The notes under the pieces: model-generated
What the model was told of the DNA's origin: nothing
The model's database searches: none
The model's input: the letters and a program-made list of their open reading frames with translations, nothing else
In this document: one piece after another, positions 51,545-64,000 of the stretch
Numbering within the stretch: position 1 is the stretch's first letter
How the letters are laid out: each line of letters starts with the position of its first letter
Program-made: the position numbers and the translations under genes
Origin: an uncultured delta proteobacterium
GTDB lineage: Bacteria > Desulfobacterota > Desulfobacteria > Desulfobacterales > Desulfosalsimonadaceae
Assembly: GCA_963826785.1 (NCBI GenBank)
Contig: CAWGYD010000005.1
Coordinates: 192,001-256,000, forward strand
DNA length: 64,000 nt
Reading direction: 5' to 3'

Positions 51545-53184
51545 TGGCGCCAGAAAAGAACGTGCTGAATGGCCACCTCACCCGGACCGTGTTTTTATGG
51601 CAATGTCTGCCGCCTGGTTTGAAACCGGGCAGGTTGACCGGGAGAAAGATGCTCTCGAATGGCTTGAAAAACTTCCGCCGCCCGAAATTGCTGCTACTGA
51701 TGCCGAATTCCGCCGAGATTTTTCAGGCGGGATTCCGGAAACCAGCTATGTCCCGGTTAACGATCCGGCTCTGAGCAAAAGGCTTCCAGAAACCAGCCAA
51801 TTTACAAAACTCAAGGAAGCAGGGCTCTGCCTTCTTCCAGATTTCAGACCCCGACAACCCCGTAAATTTCCCGTGGCCATACCTCATATCCCGATAGTCC
51901 ATATGATATGGAAGAAAAAACTCCCACCGGAATACAAGGACTCTCTATCATCTTTGTGCAGCAAGGTCGTTTCCATCGGGCATTCCGCCTCCTTGGTCCA
52001 GATGTGGCTCACGGAAAACCCGCCCACCCCCAACTTGGTCCCTGTGACCGGTTTGGCAATGCATCGTTTACGTGTTTTCAGTTCAGGCAGGCTCGAATAC
52101 CTGAAAATCCGTTGCAATCGGGAAGAAGTGATCCGGCACAGGGATCTGAATGCCGCCCAGGCGAATCTTGAGGAACAGAAAAAGGAAATCGATCAAAAAA
52201 GGAAGACTGCAATCAAAGGACTGAAAGGGACGGATAAAAAGATGGCGGAGGAACCTTATGTCCGGGATTTAGAAGCAATTGATAGCTCCCTTAAAAAATG
52301 CAAGTCAGAACTCGAAAGTTTCGGAGGCAAAGTTCCCAACAATTTATGGCCGGAACCTGGATTATGGCAGGGGTATGGCCGTCCACGGCCGTCGACCGGT
52401 CAGTCAATCCGGAAGTCTTTTTGACGAGCGGCTGATTATCATGAGCATTAATGGGAAGCGGTTGCATCTGACTTCGACCCTCAAGCTGACGGAAGCGATC
52501 CGCGGTGCATTGCTTTCCGCCTGCTCCGAACCGATTCCGGAATGGATTTCAGGACATCAGCCGGGCGGGACCCGGTCGCTCGATCCGCATATTGCGAACA
52601 TCCCCCTTCCTTTCGTGGGGCCGGCCCGATCGTGCGGACGGCCGGATCATGGGCGCCGCCCTGGCGCTGCCCAGAATGATCGATAAAAAAGAAGCCGGAA
52701 GAATTCTCGATCCTGGCTCAGGGACGAAAACGGGTTGCCTCGCCGGATCCGCCTTTTTGATGGGCAATGGCTGGAATGCGTAATGGAGCTCGAAACCCGC
52801 GAAACACCGCCTTGGAGCCTGCAAAGTGAACAATGGATCCAAGCGTCACGGATTTCGGGCGAGCATCACCCCGATTGTGCTGGATCGGCATTTTGATGGC
52901 AAGGACAAGTGGGAAAAGGCTGCCGAGGTCGTCAAAAACGCTTGTGAACGGATCGGCCTCCCCCGGCCGTAACGGGTGCTGCTGCACCCGGTGTCACTCG
53001 TGGAAGGTGCGCCACATTCTTGGGAATTTCAGCCCTTAAAGCGAAAGTCCGACAATGGGAGGATGCATCATTGCCATGGCGTGATCTTTTTTCCCGAGCC
53101 GGTGAGTGGCCCGGTTCTATTGGGGGCGGGCCGATTCAGGGGCTATGGGCTTTGCAGGCCGATGGAGCAGGGAGGTATTCAGCA

Positions 53185-53188
<4 letters not shown>
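51486..53188 (+). CDS. csb2: Type I-G Cas5/Cas6 fusion (Csb2), frameshifted
   Basis: EWPPHPDRVFMA, ALEWLEKLPPP, YVPVND, IGHSASLV; C-terminal Gly-rich loop GPVLLGAGRFRGYGLC. Confidence 0.87.
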
Positions 53189-56130
<2,942 letters not shown>

Positions 56131-56134
<4 letters not shown>

Positions 56135-57052
56135 AGGAGCTTGTTCTGAAAGGAATAGATGGGGCAAACCCGCTGGGGTTTCTTGCGGCAATAGGGACTG
56201 TGATAACGGCTCAGACATTTTCTACTGCAGTTTCAATGGGTTGGCGGAATGAATATGGCGCATGGCGGCCATTCTTATCCGGGTGCGAGGATGATGAAAC
56301 AACATTTACAGAGGCCATTGCCGTTGCTTTGTCCGCAACTTCTGTAGAACCATTCAATATAGATAAAAAATTGCCGTTTTCTGTGAAGCGCCTGGAGGGG
56401 GCACTCAAAAAGTATACAACTAAAAACAGATCCTAAGAACCGCCGTTGCGCCGACCTGCTGGCCGCATTGGGAAGCGAAGCCTGCATGGATAAAAAAAAC
56501 GAAAATTTTCAGGATACTTTTTTCCGAATGGTCAGAAGTGGCGATGCCGCCGGACAAGGCCTTCCACATTATGCGATTTCAATAAGAAACTCTACCGGCG
56601 TCGAGGAGCTTCGCAAGACATTATTTGAATTTTGGGATTACACGGACAGAGGGTTCAGTCTTCGTTGGAATCCTTTGGAAGACCAACGTTATGCCCTTCG
56701 ATGGCATGATCCGAGCAAAAATAAGGATGAATTTGCGCTGGGCACAATGAATGGTGCGAATACTCTCGCGCTTGAGGCATTATCGTTATTTCCTGTAGTG
56801 CCTTTACAGAATGATCTCGCAACAACAGGGTTTTTCAAAGGCAAACAACGACATGTATACTTTACATGGCCGATTTGGGAAGGAGCGGTTTCTGTCGAGA
56901 CCATACGCTCAATTCTCACTTTGCATGACCTCCATGAAGAAACCCCTTCACGGGAAAAAATGCTGGCACGTGGGATAATGGAAGTATTCAGGTGTGAACG
57001 AATTGCGCCAAATCAATATTATTGGAATTTTTCCCCTGCCATGCCGGTTTGA
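56131..57052 (+). CDS. Type I-G short Cas8-like large subunit (Csb3/Cas8g2-like), one frameshift
   Basis: [43 protein letters not shown]; about 305 aa in total; position after cas3. Confidence 0.75.
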
Positions 57053-57315
57053 GGAGGATAAGAGAAATAAAACCCAGATGAATGAATCGGCTAATCCAAA
57101 AATCATGGATCTCAAACAAACTCATAGATGAAATGGCTAACTCATGATTTAATAGGCTATTGATTGGACAATTAATATGATATATAACTGATATAATTTA
57201 ACAAAATGATCAAGAGCGAGGAGCTGTCACGCCGAATGGAAGGGGTGACGGGCGCCGCCAGAAAATTTTTGCCGACGGTGTTAATAAGGACAATAAATGA
57301 CCATGCGGAGAAACA

Positions 57316-58396
57316 ATGAATGATTTTGTCGCAGGTGACCGTGTTATCCATCCCGAGGCTGGCGTGGGAACAGTCCACAAGGCTGGGCGCCAATATTACA
57401 CCATTGTTTTTGATGACGGCCGGGAGGCTATGATGCGCCGGGATCATCCTTATTTAAAACCTGCTGATTCGGATCCGACCAGAAAGCTAAGTCAGAGGAC
57501 GCTGAGTCCCTGGTTTGGCCGGAATCGACCTTCCGCATGGAAAGCGATGATGAGGAGCGACATTCCATGGGCTCGCACTGGAGCCCGTTTTTCGATGATG
57601 CGAGTGTAATTATGAAACGCCTGCCGGGCATTCTCGGTAAAGCTGTACCGCTGATGCCTGGTGCAAGCCCATGGTGGCCAAAACATTGTGACGCGTTACC
57701 CCCGGATTGGCCACGGGGCGCCCATTTGGTCTGGCCCGATCCAATGGGTGGCCTCGGTCTTACCCTGATTATCACTCCGGAAAACAATCATCTTTTAAGC
57801 TTATATCCTTTCTTTCCCAAGGGTGTTCAGCATCAACTGATGATTCACGAAATCTCCGTCTGGCCCTCAGGTGTGGAGGCGCAAATTACAGTCGATGCCG
57901 ACGGTTGTCCATTGAGCTTTTTCGACACCCGTTATTTGAACCATCGGGAATATTACAAGGCGGGACACCGTTATGAGTTTATCTCAGAGCCATCGCGTAC
58001 AACGCCGGCATTGCAAGAGAAAAGAGTATTCGCGTGAAACACCATCCCGAAGTAGCGCTTTGGTTGGCCGAGAGTACATTAGATAATCAGGTTGTTCCTG
58101 CTGTTGAGGAATTATGCTTGGAAGGAGCAGTCTGTTTTTCAGCTATTCCTGAATGGGACATCGATGATTACAGCTTTCGGGTTTCGGTGCGGGAAGTCAT
58201 GTCTGTTGAGGATATCCTGGGGCAGGCCGGATGGATTGTACAGGCGCCGATATTTCGCCTCGAAAACGAAAAGAATTTTGATTTGAATATTCTTATCACG
58301 CAACGCGCATGGCAATCGGAAAAACCTCCGGAAATTGGGATGGATATCGAAGGAACCTTATGGCTGCAGGGTTTTCTCTGGCATCCGGTGATTTGA
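57316..58396 (+). CDS. Hypothetical protein, N-terminal SH3/Tudor-like segment, frameshifted
   Basis: ORFs 57316..57609, 57537..58037 and 58034..58396; FVAGDRVIHPEAGVGTV at the N-terminus; ends IEGTLWLQGFL. Confidence 0.55.
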
Positions 58397-58399
58397 GAA

Positions 58400-59025
58400 A
58401 TGGACATGAACTCAAAGGAAGCTATTTTTCCATCTCATTACGAAAAACTGGCGGTTGGTCTGGCTGGGCTCAGTCAGTACATTTGTCAGGAACTGCTCAA
58501 TCGACCGGCCCCGCAAAGACCCGCATGGGATTTTCCTGGGGAAATCATGCCACTTTCGGATCGTATGCAGCAGGCGTTTCAATTATTGGTGAAAAAGCTG
58601 AACATCTTTTCCGACCAGGTCCTGCCTCCCTCGAAATCGCTATCGGGAAATGAGGTGCAGGCGGCAGTTGTGGCGCTGTCCATGCCGGTGGAACAGATTT
58701 TGGAAATTTATCGCGAGCTGTGGCGGCTCTCATTTCCGGAAGCATGGAACCCGGACGGTACCTGATATCGGCAATGATGGAACGTCCCTTGCGTGACTTG
58801 CTTAATTTATTTGACAGATTCGAGTCGGTGATCAGTCATCCCGAGGTCGCGCCGGCAGAAGCGCGGCAGGGGCTCATCCGGCTTCATCTGGAATTGACGA
58901 TTGAAGTGGAAGTGAAGGCTTTTTCTCAATGGTGCGATGGCCTGCAGGAAACGAGGAAAAGATGTTCCGAAAACAGCCTGTGGTTGCTGGTGCTTGGATT
59001 TCTGTTAGGCCTTTGGTGGAGTTGA
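58400..59025 (+). CDS. Hypothetical helical protein with C-terminal TM segment, frameshifted
   Basis: ORFs 58400..58765 and 58720..59025; ends LWLLVLGFLLGLWWS. Confidence 0.55.
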
Positions 59026-59066
59026 CTGATTATCAGGATCGAAAAACAATCTCCTCTAACTAAAAA

Positions 59067-59651
59067 TATGATGATCAGATCGAGATTTATAATCCGGGAA
59101 GGCTGCCTGAGGGCCTACGCGTGGAGCTGCTGCTTGCGGGGGATTACATTTCAAGTATCCGTAACCGGAAAATCGCGGATATGTTCAAGGAAGCGGGTTT
59201 GATCGAGAAATACGGGACGGGCATCCAGCGTATTCTGCGGGGGTTTGCCGATTATGGGTTGCCTGAACCGAAGTTCGAGGAGATCGGAGATGGATTCAGG
59301 GTAACGGTCTATAAACTGGAGGTGAAGGAAGTCACCCCCCAAGTCACCGAGCAAGTCACCGAGCAAGTCACCGAGCAAGTTACCGAGCAAGTTACCGAGC
59401 AAGTTACCGGCAGCCTGTTGAGACTCATCTCGTTTTGCACTGAACCCAGGAGCCGGCAGGAGCTGATGTCACATCTGGGCATCAGGCACCGGGAACATTT
59501 TCGTTCTAATATATTAGGAAAGGCGCTTCAATCAGGCTTGATCGACCCCACCATTCCGGAGAAGCCCCGCAGCCGTTTCCAAAAATACCGTCTCACTGAA
59601 AAAGGCAGGAAGATGCTCGCTGCAAGGACTCGAAAAGGGAAAGAACAATAG
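59067..59651 (+). pseudogene. 5'-truncated AlbA/RecG-C-like ATP-binding protein remnant (HATPase_c_4 + wHTH)
   Basis: YDDQIEIYNPGRLP, IRNRKIADMF..GLIEKYGTGI, TIPEKPRSRFQKYRLT; in-frame stop at 59061 with no N-terminal domain. Confidence 0.7.
59340..59411 (+). repeat. 12-bp tandem repeat x6 (CAAGTYACCGAG) encoding QVTE
   Basis: Directly visible; in frame within the remnant gene. Confidence 0.92.
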
Positions 59652-59663
59652 GGAATTTCTGCT

Positions 59664-61364
59664 ATGACCCAGGAACCGATATCTGTCGAAAACCATGTCC
59701 CTCAGGAATTCATCCCCGCCCGCATGCTCAACGAATACGTGTACTGCCCGCGGCTGGCGTACATGATGTGGGTGCAGGGGGAGTTTGCCCACAGTGCCGA
59801 TACGGTTGAAGGGGCCATCCGTCATAAGCGGGTGGACAGGCAATCGGGCAAGCTGCCGGATCAAGAGGATGCCGGCGATGAAAAAATTCATGCCCGATCC
59901 GTTCACCTGACATCGGAGCGGCTGGGGATCACGGCTGTTATTGATTTGGTCGAAGGCGGGAAGGACGGAGTACAACCGGTCGATTATAAAAAAGGAAAGC
60001 GGCCGCACACTGCTGCCGGAGCTTATGATCCGGAACGGGTGCAGGTCTGTGTGCAGGGTCTTTTACTCAGGGAACATGGCTTCAAGACCGATTCCGGACA
60101 ATTGTATTTTGCCGGATCAAAAGAGCGGGTGGTGGTTAAGTTCGATGATGACCTGGTTGCCATGACCTTACAAGCTGCCGATGGCCTTCGGACCCTTGGC
60201 AGCATGGATCTGCCGCCGGAACCGCTTGAAGACAGTCCAAAATGCCCCCGGTGTTCACTTCTGGGAATTTGCCTTCCCGACGAAGTCCGTTTTCTCAATC
60301 ATCTGGATGACAAAATCCGGCCGGTCATGCCGGCTTCCGAACCGGGCCTGCCCCTCTATGTTCAGTCTCCCCGTGCGTATCTCCGCAAGGACGGGGATGT
60401 GATCGTCATAGAAGAAAATCGTGAGAAAGTGGCTGAGGCTCGCATCGGCGAAATCAGCCAGTTGGTGCTGTACGGAAGTTCGGTGGTGACCACTCCGGTT
60501 ATCCATGAATGCTTTCGCCGGAATATACCGGTGACCTACATGAGTTACGGCGGCTGGTTTCTCGGGCATACAATCGGAACCGGACATAAGAACGTTGAAA
60601 TCAGAACCCATCAGTATCGGGCAAGTTTTGATCCGAAAACGTGCCTCAGAATCGCCCGGGGGCTCGTTGCGGCAAAGATCGCCAATTGTCGAACTCTCTT
60701 GAGGCGGAATTGGAAAGAGAAGGAAAGTATCGAGATCCGTCCGGAAGATGTCTTCCTGCAATTTCGAAATGACATCCGGCAGGCAGCCCGGGCGGAAAGA
60801 ATCGATGAACTGCTGGGTGTCGAGGGTAATTCGGCACGACGGTATTTTCGAAATTTCGAGCAGATGCTCCTTCCGGACAGAGAGGAGATCGGTGGATTCC
60901 GATTCGATAACCGCAATCGGCGGCCGCCCACAGATCCTGTCAATGCCATGTTATCTTTTGCCTATGCCATGCTGACCCGCGAATGGACCATCGCGCTGTC
61001 CGCCGTGGGGTTCGATCCCTACAAGGGGTTTTATCACCAGCCGCGATTCGGCCGGCCGGCACTCGCGTTGGACATGATGGAGCCGTTTCGTCCCCTTCTG
61101 GCCGATTCCGTTGTCTTGACGGCAATCAACAACCGAGAAGTGACCGGAACGGATTTTATCAGGAGCGCTACGGGATGCAACCTGACCCCTGCAGGGCGTA
61201 AGCGTTTCATCGCTACATTTGAAAGACGTATGTCCCAGGAAGTCACGCATCCTGTTTTTGCGTACAGGATCAGCTATCGAAGGCTCCTGGAAGTCCAGTC
61301 CAGGCTGCTCGGCCGGTTTCTTTCCGGTGAAATTCCCCGATATCCCAATTTTATAACCCGGTAA
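59664..61364 (+). CDS. cas1: Cas4-Cas1 fusion, intact
   Basis: Cas4: [23 protein letters not shown]; Cas1: [35 protein letters not shown]. Confidence 0.96.
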   Translation: MTQEPISVENHVPQEFIPARMLNEYVYCPRLAYMMWVQGEFAHSADTVEGAIRHKRVDRQSGKLPDQEDAGDEKIHARSVHLTSERLGITAVIDLVEGGKDGVQPVDYKKGKRPHTAAGAYDPERVQVCVQGLLLREHGFKTDSGQLYFAGSKERVVVKFDDDLVAMTLQAADGLRTLGSMDLPPEPLEDSPKCPRCSLLGICLPDEVRFLNHLDDKIRPVMPASEPGLPLYVQSPRAYLRKDGDVIVIEENREKVAEARIGEISQLVLYGSSVVTTPVIHECFRRNIPVTYMSYGGWFLGHTIGTGHKNVEIRTHQYRASFDPKTCLRIARGLVAAKIANCRTLLRRNWKEKESIEIRPEDVFLQFRNDIRQAARAERIDELLGVEGNSARRYFRNFEQMLLPDREEIGGFRFDNRNRRPPTDPVNAMLSFAYAMLTREWTIALSAVGFDPYKGFYHQPRFGRPALALDMMEPFRPLLADSVVLTAINNREVTGTDFIRSATGCNLTPAGRKRFIATFERRMSQEVTHPVFAYRISYRRLLEVQSRLLGRFLSGEIPRYPNFITR

Positions 61365-61374
61365 TCAGGAAGAG

Positions 61375-61665
61375 ATGATGGAACATTTTTATCTGGTTGC
61401 CTATGATATCTGTGATAATAAAAGATGGCGGAAAGTTTATAAAACCATGAAAGGCTATGGACAGTGGTTGCAGCTGTCCATTTTCCAGTGTCGATTGAAT
61501 AGAATGAAGATTTTGCTTATGGAAGAACAATTAAGAGATATTGTAAAACATGATGAGGATCATGTAATCATTGTTGATATGGGGCCGGCCCAGAATATCA
61601 AACCGAAGGTACGGAGCATCGGCAGAGCATTCGCGCCCATTGAAAACAGGTCGGTGATCGTGTGA
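61375..61665 (+). CDS. cas2: Cas2, intact
   Basis: [18 protein letters not shown]. Confidence 0.95.
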   Translation: MMEHFYLVAYDICDNKRWRKVYKTMKGYGQWLQLSIFQCRLNRMKILLMEEQLRDIVKHDEDHVIIVDMGPAQNIKPKVRSIGRAFAPIENRSVIV

Positions 61666-61871
61666 TTTTTTTTTGCCGGTTCCACGCGAGCGGTGCTGAT
61701 GCACCTGATCCTCCGGCATCACTCGAAAAACTTAAGTTCTTTGAAAATTTGAAATATCAGGAACATTGATATGATTGGGAGCAAGTCGATTGATATTTGG
61801 ATAACAAAAACAGTGTGCCTCTCGCAAATGCCCTTGCAAAGACTGGCCAGTCGCCAGTTTTCGAGGGGGCA
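61666..61871 (+). promoter_or_regulatory. CRISPR leader
   Basis: Non-coding interval with an AT-rich core between cas2 and the first repeat. Confidence 0.75.
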
Positions 61872-64000
61872 GATTTCCGGAGCAGAAATGCTCCGGCCTC
61901 ATTGAAGCGCATCGAAGCGTCCGGTTCGGTCATGTCCATGCGGTAGATTTCCGGAGCAGAAATGCTCCGGCCTCATTGAAGCACCACCTGATCGTACTTT
62001 TCGCGATCGGACTCGACGATTTCCGGAGCAGAAATGCTCCGGCCTCATTGAAGCGCCGGTGCATCGGTGCGTCATCTGCCAGCGGATGCGATTTCCGGAG
62101 CAGAAATGCTCCGGCCTCATTGAAGCTATCCTATGTTTCGGATAGTTTGATGATCCGGCCGGTGATTTCCGGAGCAGAAATGCTCCGGCCTCATTGAAGC
62201 TCCATAGCAAATGTCGATATCGGTCTACTGCGCATGCTGATTTCCGGAGCAGAAATGCTCCGGCCTCATTGAAGCGATCGCTTTCGTCTTTGATGACCGC
62301 ATCCGGCCATGGATTTCCGGAGCAGAAATGCTCCGGCCTCATTGAAGCCGATGCGCATGCGGGATTTCCAGTCGATGCTCGACGATTTCCGGAGCAGAAA
62401 TGCTCCGGCCTCATTGAAGCGTCATGTTCGGCGGTGAGTATTGCTGCCGCATGTCATGATTTCCGGAGCAGAAATGCTCCGGCCTCATTGAAGCTGATCA
62501 TGTCGCAGATCAGCACATGCACCAACGATCGCGATTTCCGGAGCAGAAATGCTCCGGCCTCATTGAAGCCGATGTCAACGGGTATGTCGTCAAGCTGACC
62601 GCTGCCGTAGATTTCCGGAGCAGAAATGCTCCGGCCTCATTGAAGCCCGCTGCACGTTGCAGCGAATGCATGTGGCAGTCATCAGATTTCCGGAGCAGAA
62701 ATGCTCCGGCCTCATTGAAGCATCGTGGCATGGCAACCTGAAATCGCGTCAATCGATTTCCGGAGCAGAAATGCTCCGGCCTCATTGAAGCTGCTGTGTC
62801 GTCGGCATCTGGTCGCATGCTCGAGCCGCGATTTCCGGAGCAGAAATGCTCCGGCCTCATTGAAGCGAGCGTCACCGGATGATCAGTCGCCATGCGTCGA
62901 TCGGATTTCCGGAGCAGAAATGCTCCGGCCTCATTGAAGCACGATATCCCAGCGGATCACAAATCGCTCGATACGATTTCCGGAGCAGAAATGCTCCGGC
63001 CTCATTGAAGCACCTGCCGCCGATGCGGATCGGTCGAGACGTCCTCGATTTCCGGAGCAGAAATGCTCCGGCCTCATTGAAGCTCGATGGCGGTCGATGA
63101 CTTGCGCCGAATCATGGTGATTTCCGGAGCAGAAATGCTCCGGCCTCATTGAAGCATCGCAATGCGTGCCAGTCGTGCATCGCCGACTGCGGATTTCCGG
63201 AGCAGAAATGCTCCGGCCTCATTGAAGCCTGACCAGTCGTCGCACCTGAATCTCGATCGACAGTCCGGATTTCCGGAGCAGAAATGCTCCGGCCTCATTG
63301 AAGCTGGTGTCAATCGATGATCCTTGCATCGGCAATCGACTGATTTCCGGAGCAGAAATGCTCCGGCCTCATTGAAGCGCTACCGTCAGCAGTCATGCGG
63401 TCAGTGCAGCTCGATCAGATTTCCGGAGCAGAAATGCTCCGGCCTCATTGAAGCATGACATACCGTCGGATACGGATTCGAGAATTTCTGATTTCCGGAG
63501 CAGAAATGCTCCGGCCTCATTGAAGCGATCGATACAGCGCAGGTTGTAGCCGAGTACATCTGACCGATTTCCGGAGCAGAAATGCTCCGGCCTCATTGAA
63601 GCGTGATGACCGATGCAATTAGCAGGCGACATCTTGATCGATTTCCGGAGCAGAAATGCTCCGGCCTCATTGAAGCCGAATGAGCGGCCGGGTGATCGGC
63701 CACCATGCTACGATTTCCGGAGCAGAAATGCTCCGGCCTCATTGAAGCCATCGATGCCAGCACGATGAACCGTGCCGCTAAGTCAGATTTCCGGAGCAGA
63801 AATGCTCCGGCCTCATTGAAGCTCGTCATGCCGTACGCTGTCGAGTGACCTTGTAGGCGATTTCCGGAGCAGAAATGCTCCGGCCTCATTGAAGCCTCAG
63901 ACATCGGCTTGCCGATGCACCCCCGAGCTGGGATTTCCGGAGCAGAAATGCTCCGGCCTCATTGAAGCATCAGTCATTTCTGGGCGATCCACGATCGGAC
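61872..64000 (+). CRISPR. CRISPR array: 29 identical 37-nt repeats (GATTTCCGGAGCAGAAATGCTCCGGCCTCATTGAAGC), 28 complete spacers of 33-40 nt plus a partial one; runs off the window
   Basis: Repeats start at 61872, 61946, 62018 ... 63932; hairpin CCGGAGCA-GAAA-TGCTCCGG; 3' end ATTGAAGC. Confidence 0.99.

Noticed and set aside
59340..59411. Possible mini-CRISPR near cas1
   Set aside because: Tandem 12-mers without spacers, in frame within a coding remnant.
61757..63904. ORFs with repeated SMRPEHFCSGN / DFRSRNAPASLK motifs
   Set aside because: They are translations of the CRISPR repeats, not genes.
61909..64000. Self-targeting or duplicated spacers
   Set aside because: By eye I found no duplicate spacers and no long match to the rest of the window. 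This was not an exhaustive search.

Overview
A 64 kb bacterial window, most consistent with an anaerobic Desulfobacterota (Desulfobacterales-like) chromosome; this is inferred from gene content and codon style. It has three parts. (1) 1-6.25 kb is an AT-richer accessory region: the 3' part of a type IIG restriction-modification gene, then a run of integron-type attC sites delimiting cassettes (hypothetical, higBA-type toxin-antitoxin, membrane protein, DUF1330-like), interrupted by a broken IS. No integrase is visible. (2) 6.3-46 kb is intact core and metabolic genes: an aroF-pheA fusion under an unannotated Phe-rich leader-peptide attenuator, a glycosyltransferase-Nudix/CbbQ/VWA operon, a GAF sigma-54 activator followed by a candidate sigma-54 small RNA, a metallopterin ergothioneine synthase with EgtD, mgtE, a methyltransferase/isoprenoid-synthase-like/ABC/diheme cytochrome operon, an rsmG-TrmH fusion, a KamA/ATP-grasp/GNAT cluster, ygiQ, and several REP/MITE elements. 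(3) 46-64 kb is frameshift-rich at first, and carries a WYL+HIRAN-preceded type I-G (I-U) CRISPR-Cas locus with extra genes between cas8 and cas4/1. It ends in an intact cas4/1-cas2 module and an array of at least 29 repeats whose spacers share a uniform, host-unlike composition rich in GATC/TCGA/CATG/TGCA. All motif counts are by hand and no database searches were run.
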